A stretch of DNA of 64,000 nt from Tubiluchus corallicola. Taxonomy: Eukaryota; Animalia; Priapulida. The first letter of the stretch is position 1; each line of letters starts with the position of its first letter. The notes beneath the pieces are model-generated. The model worked only from the letters and a program-made list of their open reading frames with translations, searched no databases and was not told the origin of the DNA. The position numbers were made by a program, and so were the translations under genes. Positions 25,301 to 56,249 of the stretch are shown here, one piece after another. The stretch lies in contig JAQGDQ010000088.1 of NCBI GenBank assembly GCA_030141605.1, positions 124,001-188,000 of the forward strand. Direction: 5' to 3'.

Positions 25301-26450
25301 GGTGCATATATAAACCCTAGTCTTGTATTATTTATGACAATTTCCACAGCTTCTTCAAAAATTTCTGCTAACGTTATGACATGTTTTAGCTTTTCTTTGA
25401 CTGCAATTAAGATCCCTCCTCCTAATTTATTTGCTCTACTACGGGTGATAATTTCATAACCTTCTAATTGTATATCTTCATTCTGTTTTAGATGTGTTTC
25501 GACCAAAGTTACTACAATGGGATCTAAATTCTGTATTATTTCTTTTATGATTCTATTTTGATTTAATGCCCCTGCAGTTTGCATAATAGATAATGAATTT
25601 TTTGTTCTCTTAGTGTTTTTTCATAAAAAAATTTTCTGTTACTCTATTACTTGTTGGGGGTTGCTCCCTTCTGTCCAATAATGATTGTGTCTGTCCTTGT
25701 CATTTGATTTTGCTGTTGCAGATAACATCTCCATACTACTTGTTGGCCTTGTATTGGTATGTTGTAGTGTTGTGTGATGGCATTTCTGCATGATGCATCT
25801 TTGTCTCCATTAACTTTTTGATTAAAATATTCATCTTGCTATTTAGTTCTTCGTATTTCTTTGGCTGACTTTCCGCATACATATTGGTTTAGTATAGCAT
25901 TTGTTTTTATTTTAATCATTACCGCTTTCCCTTCTTTCTAGTTCTTGTTCCAAGTAGCCTTTATTGTATCCATTTGCTCTTCTTCCAGAATCTTTTTCAT
26001 ACGAAAGTACATACCTTCCTTCTTGATATAACTTATCTTCAAATCTGGTGTAATAGTGTCTGTACCTACAATTTGAACCAAACCTGCATATTTGATTTTT
26101 TTTCAAATGCCCAACACGGCTTTCTAATCCCTGTACTGCTTTGATTTCTTGCTGTTCGTCTCTTATTATTTCCATTTTCTCTCTCTCTTTGGTATATTTG
26201 TACCTACATTGATTTCCAAATTTATAGTGCCATCCTCTTGCATGCCATTTACACTCCGGTATATCTTCTTCTGCATCATAACTTCTTTTCACTACTCTTT
26301 CACCTATTTGTTTTTCTTCATTTTCCTCATGCTCTATATCTTGTTCTTTTTCTCCTTTCCTACTACTTTGTTTGTCATTTTCCTCTTCTCCTTTATTTTT
26401 CATTTCCTTGAAATTTTAGTAATTTCATCTCACACTCTTGGTTCAGCTTA
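22325..26450 (-). mobile_element. Long decayed non-LTR retrotransposon: ORF1 remnant with CCCH-like fingers, ORF2 with APE endonuclease, RT and CCHC knuckle
   Basis: APE motifs YANCRGIKSK, LVETHL, GGGILIAVK and IYAPQE (25600-25280). RT motifs VRQGTV (about 23600) and LLYVDD (about 23485). CPSC...ETAEHLFEC at about 22550. ORF1 remnant CRFGSNCRYRH at about 26070. Many stops and frameshifts; clade not assigned. Confidence 0.85.
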
Positions 26451-26736
26451 TAATCAAAAGTGAGAAATATGTATAGTGAAAGAAGATTCACAAGATTAAT
26501 TGTGAGCGTAATTAAAAGAAGGTTCATTAGCAGTGATTTCTGTGCGGAATCGTAGGACTATATCTCAGTCTTAGAAATTGGTTTCATTAGCAGTGAGTAA
26601 AATAAGCAATGCTAAAAGCTGTTAAAACCTAGGGGCTGAAGCCTGAAGTTTACGACCAACTTGTTTGTAATGGTAATAATGTTAATTGTGAATATTGAGA
26701 ACATCGGTACAGCAGGTAATTATTATAATGTCTCAG

Positions 26737-26825
26737 GTTCCAGCCAAATTAAGCTTTTTCACATCTCCTGTCTTTCAAGTTTAGCATCACAATTTAATTA
26801 CTTCTGATTTCTGACATCAAAGCAG
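26737..26825 (+). other. Putative non-coding 5' UTR exon of ZF2
   Basis: Possible acceptor TCTCAG at 26736, consensus donor CAG|GTAAGT at 26825, and downstream acceptor TTTTAATTTCCAG at 26967 before the ZF2 ATG. Confidence 0.45.
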
Positions 26826-27079
26826 GTAAGTTACACTTATGAGGGTAAAAAATTTATTAGAAACTCATAAGTTTATATAACACAGTATTTTTATGTAGGC
26901 CTACATTCAAGTTATTAATATTATTTTTATAATAATGCTAAATATTTTCGTTTGTTTTAATTTCCAGCACTATTACTACTAGTTTGATTTTTGGCTGGAT
27001 GTGTGATCACACTAATTCTGAACTGGACTTTTGACTGGAAAATATTTAACTTTCATCATCTATTGTCATTGGAGTTAAA

Positions 27080-28723
27080 ATGGCAGCTTCTGATAGGGTT
27101 TTATATTTCAAGTGCACTTCTTGCTCTGAGTGTCTTTCAACAGAGGCACAATTTTTTAAGCATACAAGGCAACTGCACTGCAAAGTCTTGGTTAGTGAAG
27201 GAAGTGATTCCGACACTGCCTCTAGTTCCAAAAGCTCACAAACTGGACCACAATATATGGAAAACAAGGTTGAACCTAGCGAATGTAATTTGCAAGTTGT
27301 TGCTGTGCATTGGAATGGTCATGGAGCACACGATGTTAACGTTAATACAGGTGTGCAGTCTGAATGTCGTCAAGTTGCTAATTTTGTCTCTCGCAAAGTT
27401 TGCCAACAGTCAGGAGTATCCTTAAACCATGCGAAAGAACATGTTTTTTCTTTAAACAGTAATTTTTCAAACAAGTGCTTTGCTGAAAAGTGGAGTAATA
27501 TTTCTGTTCCTACATCATCTCAAAGTAAACTTCATAGTGATATGAATTATTCTAGCATAACTGACTTTGCTGAGTTGGCCAAAAGTTATTATGCTAGAAA
27601 TGATATTGTTAATAGTGAAAACTATATTCCTGTGGATGACGACTGTGCAAAACCGGCAGAAAGTGAAAATGACAATTTAGACATTGACAAGAATAATTTC
27701 ATTTTAATTAGCAGAGAAGAATTTCAGAAGGTTTCTGAAAATGCACTTTCATCGATTAACCCAGATGTGTCACTGCTTAAGCCTTTATCAATCTGCGATG
27801 AACTTGTTACTATTGAACCAAACACGTCTGTGGAAGACAGTGAGCAAGATTCAAGAAATACTTCAGGAGAGCATTTAGCAACTATCAAACCAAAGCAACA
27901 GCCTGTAAAAAGGTCTTACAAATGTTTTGTTTGCAATGAATTATTCCAAACATCGCATTTGTTATCAGTGCATGAAAAAGAGCACACTTACTTTGACAAA
28001 TTCCAGATGCGACGTGCCAAATCAAAAGGCAATTCAAACGTTCAGCAAGGCTTAAATGCACATCAGTGCAATATTTGTTCTGAAAAGTTTCGCTTTGCCT
28101 CTAGTTTTCATCGACATAGAAAACGCTGTGGAAAAAATGAACAGATTGCAGAACAATGCACCAAGTCAAAACACTGCATAAGTACAGTTCAGCAACCAGA
28201 CAAAGATAGAGCATCTAAAAATTTAAGAGATGGTTTATCGCCAGCAAAGGAATTTGCTTTTGCAAAACAGCCTCGTGTTTCATTGCAGCGCATTTTACCG
28301 AAAGATTTGCCGCTTGACTCGCAGTTGATTAGATGTGAAAGTAGGCCAGTTTTAACATATACGAACTCTTCAGAGTTGCAATTTTGTGTACCTCTGGAAA
28401 GAACAAAAAGTAATCTGAAAACCACTCAGTGCTGCTGGTGTCACAAAATGTTTAGAGATGTCTACACAAAAAAAATACATGAGCGTGTTCATACAGGAGA
28501 AAAACCCCATAAATGTAATCATTGTAGTAAGCGATTTAATCAAAGAACCAACCTGATTACACACATGAGATTACATACTGGTGAAAAGCCTTATCCTTGT
28601 TCCGTCTGCAGTGACAAGTTTAGTTCTTGGAGCAACCGGAACAGACATTTTAAACTTTGCCAAAAGAACTTTCAGTTGTCAATAGATATTGCTAATCATT
28701 ATAATGCTCTAAATAAAAATTAG
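27080..28723 (+). CDS. C2H2 zinc-finger protein ZF2 (547 aa): same N-terminal module as ZF1 plus five further C2H2/C2HC fingers
   Basis: Uninterrupted ORF with AAAATGG start context and HTGEKP linkers. A candidate AATAAA lies at about 29183. Confidence 0.9.
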   Translation: MAASDRVLYFKCTSCSECLSTEAQFFKHTRQLHCKVLVSEGSDSDTASSSKSSQTGPQYMENKVEPSECNLQVVAVHWNGHGAHDVNVNTGVQSECRQVANFVSRKVCQQSGVSLNHAKEHVFSLNSNFSNKCFAEKWSNISVPTSSQSKLHSDMNYSSITDFAELAKSYYARNDIVNSENYIPVDDDCAKPAESENDNLDIDKNNFILISREEFQKVSENALSSINPDVSLLKPLSICDELVTIEPNTSVEDSEQDSRNTSGEHLATIKPKQQPVKRSYKCFVCNELFQTSHLLSVHEKEHTYFDKFQMRRAKSKGNSNVQQGLNAHQCNICSEKFRFASSFHRHRKRCGKNEQIAEQCTKSKHCISTVQQPDKDRASKNLRDGLSPAKEFAFAKQPRVSLQRILPKDLPLDSQLIRCESRPVLTYTNSSELQFCVPLERTKSNLKTTQCCWCHKMFRDVYTKKIHERVHTGEKPHKCNHCSKRFNQRTNLITHMRLHTGEKPYPCSVCSDKFSSWSNRNRHFKLCQKNFQLSIDIANHYNALNKN

Positions 28724-30119
28724 CAATGTGTTGTTTTGATATGTATGACTGTAGCTTCCCTAGTGGTAGTTGCTTTTCTTTATACAGCAATTTCAATATT
28801 CTTGAATTTAACATTTTTTATTGCATTGTTTTGAGAGACACCTGCGAAGAATCCTATTCAAGGAAGATGCTCACATTAATGTTGTGGAAACTGGAATTGT
28901 ACATTATAATTAGGTGCTGCCATCTATGGGTTAATCCTGTTACATTCTGCCAGCTGACTTACCTTCAGTATAATTGTATGGTCCAGTAAATGCACACACA
29001 CTGGTCCTCTCCCTATTTTAAGTAATGGTTGTTGTGAAGCCTGTGCAAGTCTGCATAGGTCAAGTCCTATACCTATATATATTGACTGTTTTTGCTTTCT
29101 AGTCACTATCACTCTCAGTGTTCAGGAATCTCACTCTCTGTGTTCAGTGCAACAGTTGTGCTACTCATGTTTCTGTAGTTTTAATAAACACTTTTCTGTT
29201 GTGTGCAGTGCAAATATGTATTATAGATTTTTATTCCTATTCATACTTCTGTGCCTAAACTCGATCATAAAAAAGTGAGTGAACAACAACTTCAAAATAA
29301 CTTTCACAAATGTTTTCTAAAGCCTAAATTATTTTGCTTTCTGTGATCGTTAGTTATTTAGTAAAATATTAAGTGAAGGGAATTTGAATGGTCATCACAT
29401 TATTAGTATCACTGCCATATGGTAATGACTCATTATACTACATTGTGTAATGTAGCCATATACACATGATATAAATGATTAACGTGAGAATTATAAATTC
29501 ATGTGATCAATGAATAGTAGCTAATAATTTTGCTTAAGTGGTAAGTTACATAGAATTTAAACTAAAAACCAACAACAATGAAGAGTTTGGGAATTATATA
29601 TATTTAACCTTGTGCCAGGATTTCGGGGTTATAACTTACAATTGTGTGTGCTGTGCTTTTACTGAATTGCTTCAGTAATTTCGAACTGTTTTAAAATAAT
29701 TATATAAACTGCTTTTATGTGTGCTGTATAATCATTAGTAATATCCGCTGAGAAGAACTGTAGTTTTGGGACTGATATAAAAGCCTATAAAACTACAGCT
29801 TGGACATTGCTTAGTCAGAAAACAAAATTTGAGATTTTTTACCAAGCACAGCTTGTCGTTTTATGAGATTTGCTCGGTTCTCTCAGTTTTTGAGGCAAGA
29901 CCAACTTCGTATTACTTCTTTAGATTGTTGATAACTGAGTTTTGGCCTAGCTGATAGGTTCAGTAATAGCTATGACAACTTTACTAGTGTCTGCTGATAA
30001 CTGTGTCTAGCTGTTTTGTTTGTGTGGTTTTTTTTGCAATTGCAGCCTATACTATAATATTAGGTGCCTAAATTTTTTTTATTTTTGAACTGTTTTAGCT
30101 ATTCACTGCTAGTATAATA

Positions 30120-32620
30120 AGGTCACTCCATGTCAATTCACCCAAAATTTTGGATCATCTACACCCGACCGCCTCGGATTTTGATGAAACTTGGGCCTTA
30201 TGAGAACAGTTTGGTTCAAATTTTAGGTCAATCGGTCCACCTTTTCGAAAGTTATGGCAATTTGAAATTTTGGGCTCTTGCACTGTTTCGCGTTTGCCTG
30301 AAATTTCAAAAGTTCATATCTCAATACCTACTGGACCAAATTCATGGGAGAGGCGTTGTTTTAATCAGAAAAATGCCTAGAATCCAAATCCAGGCTCAAA
30401 TTCAACTTATCTGATGATTTTCAGTTCATGACCTTTTGACAGTTTTTTGACATTGAGTTTGACCCCTGGATAAAACATCCTTGACCCCAAAGTTGAAAGG
30501 TGGGGGTGAAAGGTCAATCTGTTAGCCACAACATACCAAAAAATCAAAGATAGGTTATTTTAGGTTTTAGATTGACAGCCCTTTCAATTCACTGTGGTTA
30601 TGAACCGAAAGTTAAATCTACAATATAATTGCATTACTGTATTTTTATATAATATGTATATAGTATACAAATCCATCAGTCATTGACTAAAAAGACAGAA
30701 TGAAATCAGAAATACAGTACATGGATTGTAGACCTAAACATTTAGCTACCACTAGTGAGGTATAATTGAAACACTAGATACAGCAAGAACAAAGTGTGAA
30801 TTTCCATAAGATTACAAATTCTGTTGATGCCACGTAGGACATCGATGAATAATACCATGAAGATCTTTCTTACCAAGTGGTTAAAACGGTCCTCTCCCAT
30901 GAATTTTGGTCCAGTAGGTATTAAAATATGAATTTTTTAAATTGCAGTCAAATGCGAAAGAGTTTCAAGTTTCAAGAGTTTATTCATTTCCACATTGCAT
31001 CTTACAATTATCATTAAAATGCAGATAATTATCAATTTAAGTAAATATAAATAAATGCAGTATTATCGAGAAATTACAAAATGCAGCATATACATGTGCA
31101 AATTACATTAAAGAATAATTTTGATGCATACAGTTTGAGCCTAAAAGCATAGCTTGACAGGCCAAACTGTACGTGGAATTCTTAAAAAAAAGTGGGGGGG
31201 GGGAGTAGTGAATGAAAGATGAAATGGAGCGAGAACTAAGAAAAACTGTGATCATGATTATAAGGTGTTCAGTAACCTGTTGAGCATAGTCACGTTATAT
31301 TAAGATTACTGTGGAAAAAGAATACAGGTTATTACCATTATCAAATTGTGTTACTCTTAATACTTTTGAAATATTTCTTTTCTGACGGTTTTTTTAAAAG
31401 TTGAAAGGGAGTGACTACATTTCGAATTGCGGCTTAGTCTGTTCCATAGGACTGGTCCCATATAGCTAATGATTATGTCTGGTATTGTATTTTTTTACAT
31501 TTATCTTGACTGGATTTTCAAAAAAAGTTGGAAATAAGTTGTTGTTGGTTCTATACCTGTATATACATCCATTAAAATTAATAACATCATCCAGAAGTCA
31601 TATTTGACATTGCTTAAAATGTGTAGTAGTAATTGTGCTCCTTTTGTCTAGTTTGAAGATGACACGTAAACATTTTCGTTGTAAAACTCTTAAGCATTCT
31701 AAATTTGTAGTATAAGTAAAGCCCCATAATGTTGTGCAGTAATTTAAATATAATAATTTTAAACTGTTGTATAATGTTAGAAGATGTTCGGTGTTCAGAA
31801 AGTTTTTAATATGTGAGATGATACCTATATTTTTTGATATTTTCAATCTGATCATGAATATATGTGGTCGCCAGTCTAGATACTCATTCAGTATTAATGC
31901 CAGAAATTTCAGTTCTTTTACACGTGTAATTCTTTTATGGTCTATTATTAAATCGTGGTTCGCCTGAATTTGTTTATTTCGGGATCTAAACAAAATGTAT
32001 TTTGTTATTGATGAATTTAGTGACAGTTTATTTGTTTTGAACCATATAGCTAGATCATGTAGAACTGTATTTATGTAGTCAATATTGATTTCTATTTTAT
32101 GAAAGCTAAAAAAATGCTTGTATCATCAGCAAACTGAAATAAATTGTGATTTTTAACACAAAATTTGATGTCATTAATATAAATTAGAAAAAGTAGTGGC
32201 CCAAGGACTGAGCCTGAAAGTGCTACATCTGAAAAAGCGTTATTATATTTTACTGTCTGAGTGCGCCCTGTCAAATAATTCTTTAGCCACATATGAGGCA
32301 AACCTCTGATACCGTAATAGTACAAGTTATTTAGCAGAATGTCATGGTTTACTGTATCAAATGCTTTTGATAGGTCGCAAAATACTCTGTAGGATGTGCC
32401 TTTTTTTTCAACAGTATTAATGATATTTTCTATAATTTTTGTTAAGGCTATTTCAGTGGAGCTACCTTTTCTGAAACCAAAGTGCGATAAGCCCAAAATT
32501 TCAAATTGTCATAACTTTTAAAGTGGCGGACCGATTGACCAAAAATTTTGAACATACTTTATTCCATAAGGCCCAATAACCATGCCAAGATGGTCGGGTG
32601 TAGATCACATGGTATGACCC
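30120..32620. mobile_element. Non-autonomous DNA transposon with about 150-bp TIRs and 4-bp TSD (Sola-like), carrying a LINE insertion
   Basis: 30120-30275 is the reverse complement of 32490-32620 (GATC..CTACACCCGACC, GGGCCTTATG, GGTCAATCGGTCC, CAATTTGAAATTTTGGGCT). AATA flanks both ends (30116-30119 and 32621-32624). The superfamily is inferred from the TSD and GGG/CCC-type termini. Confidence 0.75.
30960..32489 (-). mobile_element. 5'-truncated CR1/L2-group LINE
   Basis: RT motifs FGFRKGSST, FCDLSKAFDTVNH, GSVLGPLLFLIYIND, FADDT and LNYCTTLWG. The 3' end has AATAAA and a (TTGAAAC)n tail at about 30960-30985. Confidence 0.88.
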
Positions 32621-32718
32621 AATAACAAAATTAAGCTAAATTTAGCAGAAATTAGAAGCTGAATATTGTCTATACAGTATAGCCATTTTTAAACATTGTT
32701 GTGTTGATTAATTGGAAA

Positions 32719-32743
32719 CATATATATATATATATATATATAT
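32719..32743. repeat. (TA)n microsatellite
   Basis: Seen directly. Confidence 0.9.
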
Positions 32744-33049
32744 AGACATTGTCATGTCGTGACAGTTTTTGCTATTAACTGATTAAACTACATTTTCCCA
32801 TGTGTCAGGTGTTACCTTTAGTGTGACATAGCGATTTACGAATCTGAATTGACCTATTTTTTCATTCGCTAAACAAGTGTTATTTTGACCAAAAATTATA
32901 AACTAAGTTTCCTATAACAGCAAGCCACTGTGTGTGATATTGATAAAAAATGATGACACCTTGTTCAAAATTGGTTGACGGTACAGGAGCCTGACAGAAA
33001 TATTATTATAGCCCCTTTAAATTGTCTGAGCCACGATCATTTCACCTTG

Positions 33050-33740
33050 TGTTTGTTAATACGAAGAGGTAGCAAGTTTACTTGTTCATTTACCGAGCCT
33101 GAGTCATATTTTGAAGTTTTCTTCGTAATATCAGGAGTCACTACACATTCCCAATGATTACATTTGTTTGTGTTGATGTTGGTGATAATAATTAACCTAG
33201 ATGTAACATGATAAAACTCAAAAAGCCCTTGGTCTACAAATTGAAAAAGGCAGATATGTAAATCAACGAAAGACTTCTCTTCTTCTGTATCAATAATCGA
33301 ACGTAGAAAACCGAATAGGTGATGAAAAAACACTTCATAATTGAATGCCCTGTACATGGAGAAATTAGACAAAAATATGAATATTAACAAAAAGTTTTAA
33401 AGATCAGTTTACTTTGACAATTCATTTTAATTAACTAAGCTCAAAAATTTCGGTAACTTTGTCAGGTAAGACTTATACATACTACGTATGTACTGACAGT
33501 AATAAAGGAATATGATTTGTTTTCTGTAAGTTCATATGCAATTTTTATTATCAGATTCAGACTTGGCTGTTAATTATTGAATTGTCACTTATTGAATGTC
33601 TTAATTTATTGAATTACTCTATATGTAATAGTTAATACATAACTCGTTCTGCATTAGCAGTTTTATAGTTTACATGACTTACTATATATAATCACGTATT
33701 TTGAACTTTTCGAATAAATAAACAGAATTGAATTAATTAA
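33050..33740 (+). mobile_element. Decayed LINE 3' end
   Basis: LQIEKGRY...IGDEK/HFIIECPVHGEIRQKY across a frameshift, a typical ORF2 C-terminal knuckle region. Followed by AATAAATAAA and GAATTGAATT tail-like repeats at about 33713-33740. Confidence 0.6.
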
Positions 33741-33744
33741 TAAT

Positions 33745-34068
33745 CGCACATTGCACAACATTCGGTGATTTCCGGTTTGCTTTTGCGTAGCTCGGACGAA
33801 AATAAATAATACGCCAGTGTCGCCAAGTGCGAATTAATGGTTTGTGATAACGATTCTTTAAAATATCATTGAAACAAACTTTCTTCACTTGCTTGCGACG
33901 TATCGTGCTACAGGATTATTGATTTAACGCAATGGGTGTTTCTTATTTGGCATTACGATTTGCCAATAACTAACTATTGGGTCCAATTTGTTTACTTATA
34001 CTAGTTATACTTATAGTTATACTTAGTTATAGTTGCTACTCCAATGACTAGAAGCTGTATTAGGAAAC
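33745..34068 (+). promoter_or_regulatory. Putative DHX8 promoter / 5' UTR
   Basis: Locally CpG-enriched sequence immediately upstream of the ATG, with an ETS-like TTTCCGG at about 33768. Positional inference only. Confidence 0.4.
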
Positions 34069-53563
<19,495 letters not shown>

Positions 53564-53661
53564 AACAATCTCAACTGTACATTGTAAAGAGTTCCATCAT
53601 TATCGTGCCTAGACTGAAAATTTATAATATATGGAAATTGATTTACAAAATCTGCAACCAC

Positions 53662-53704
53662 AAAAAAATAAAAAATGCATATTTGTAAATGTTTTTATTT
53701 TTTT
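53662..53704. terminator. Back-to-back polyadenylation signals for DHX8 (+) and probably GALNT (-)
   Basis: AATAAA at 53667-53672 (+) and TTTATT at 53694-53699 (AATAAA on -), forming an inverted repeat. Confidence 0.5.
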
Positions 53705-56249
53705 CATAAAATCACTGATATTATAGTCAAGCATTGACTTGCAAGATAATAGTATTTTCATATTCCAATGTAAAATCAGATCAAGTCTGATATAATTTTA
53801 CTCTTCTACAAAGTGCAACAACAATACCTAAATTCATCTACTTTCTTTGGTAATAAGAAAAAGTGATTCAAATGTTTACAAACATTATTACAGTGTGTTA
53901 TAGTCATGCTTAGCAATATGAATATTTGCTGGAATTGCAAATACCTTTTTATTACAAAATACAAACAGTAAATACAAGGAGTACGCACAAGCATATCATG
54001 AGATTTAAAGTTGTAACACAACACTATTAATGATGATGTTAAGTTGTAAATACAATTCTTTTGAAGAACTAATCATATCTATATCACAAAAATATTTTAC
54101 AAAATTCGAATCTCTGAAGTTATGGTCAAATGCATTTTTTTTTATTTTGCGCATTTGGTGTATGGTGACTGTGTAATATACAAATCTTCGAAAACTATTA
54201 CTACTTAAACTCACCTTTGCAGAAAATAATGCATCTTTTTGAAAAAGCATTTTGATTTGCTAGGATTTGATTTTTGCTGTTAGAGCTTTTTTAATACTTT
54301 ACTTATGCACTAAAATAAGTTAATAATTGATATAAACCTTGATCTTTGTTTAAGGCTTTCTGGAAAAACAGATTTTAAAAAACAATGCTGAACAAAAAGT
54401 TTTACGTATGTACTGCAATAATAAGCAACACATTGAAAAGAAAAATCTTAAAACTTCTCTGAATCGACAGTTGATCTTCACGAATTTTCGATCAAAATAA
54501 GTATGGATGTACGGGTAACTGCTTCCAAAAATTGGGGAAGTAGGGGAAATTCAAGCAAAGCAAGAAAAAAAATCGGACAGCAAAACATGGACAGAAAAAT
54601 AAAAAAGCTACCAATGGTGAACTATTTAACCAATAGCAGATGCTTGGCGCAACACTACGTCAAGCAATGACTTAATACTGGAAGACTGCACTGCACAAAA
54701 AAGTTCATACTCATTACTGGGGCAGCCAAGTGATATCATAGAGCTATAGAGGCATACAGCCTCGTGAAGGAGAATGTAAATATAATTCACATCCGGATAC
54801 AACTAAAATCCGAAGAATTTCAGTTGATTCATAGCTCGTCTTAAGAGGGAAGCCTCAATAATAAGCTAAGATTGGGTCTCATCACAAACATAAAATTGTG
54901 TGGGTCCTGGAACTGAATGCTGGATGCTGGCTTTCAGTATGCCGAGTTGTATAAAAAATAATCAACCATTGCCCAGTTAACTTAAGACCATATCAATTTT
55001 AAGTTGAGAGGGGTATTATTTAGACCACAGTCTCTATGAGTAGTTACAATTTGCATCATTAATGCCCCAAATGTGAAGAAAGCAAAAAGCTGGTGTCTTC
55101 GGATAATAAAGAAATTATTGCCGAGAACAGGGTGACAAAGGCAGATAATTCCCAAACTATTGCAAATAAGGATCAGAAAATTTTTTGCACATTATTAAAA
55201 AGCTCAAAGCTATACAGAGCTTGGTTTCTCCAAAAAAAGTATCCTTAATTAAAAGACTTCAACAAACACTGATGTGTTTCTACTTGCATAAATTTTAGTG
55301 AAAATCAACCCCTTCTGGCCCTCTTAACCAAAGTGATCCTATATCTCATCAAAATAACGATCTCTTTTAATGCTTATTTTCACATTCAAATTTTTTATTA
55401 ATCAAACTGCTTCTCTTTGTCATGAGAACTCAAATCAGAGATTCGTATTGGTGCATCACAAGTTCAACAAATCAAGCACTATTAAAAATACACTAATACA
55501 ACAAATCAAGCATTGTGGAATGTCATAACTTTTTCTTATTTACACTGAGCAAAGTGAATCTATAGCAAAAGACATATCTTCCAACTTTATTAAAACAGTT
55601 ATGCGAGTAAAAGATAATAAGATTTATTTGTATAAATATATTAATTACAAACAGTAAGAAGTCACGAGTTAATACTACAAAACTTACAATTATAACTCGT
55701 TATTGACGAGATTGCAAATAAGCAAAACTTGGCTAAATTTTTTTGTCATGAGAGTAGATTTCTTTTCTTTAAAATTCTACCTATCCAATGTCTGTAATAC
55801 ATGTGATAGGCATTAAATGATACAATGCACAAAAAAATAAAATTAAGTTGACGATTGCAATTTCGCATTTACAACTAGCAAAGCGGCAGTGCTACACTGC
55901 ACATGCGCTTTAATTTCTATAAGATGGTGGATAAGCTGCCCAGACTGAGTAGTAAAAAACAAACAGTTGTTCAAATATAAGCACCCATATGTAGGCACAA
56001 GTGGACAGCTGCAAACTTGTAAAACACAGCAAAACTAACAGTGCTAATTCAGGTCCTCGAACCAGATGTCATAGAACAGCCCAGCTGGCACAACAACTTT
56101 TAAAGCCCCAGACTTGTCCCTGTTTGCCACAGCACTTTGATGCTCAATAGTGAATTTAGCTTGTGCAATTTTCACATAACGAAATGACGAGGTATCCTGT
56201 GATGTCTAGGTTCAGGTAGAAAACTTACAATAACTAAACTAGCTGCTCA

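Noticed and set aside
33037-33390. 117-aa minus-strand ORF divergent from DHX8
   Set aside because: It is antisense to a decayed LINE C-terminus (LQIEKGRY, IGDEK) and shows no protein-like features.
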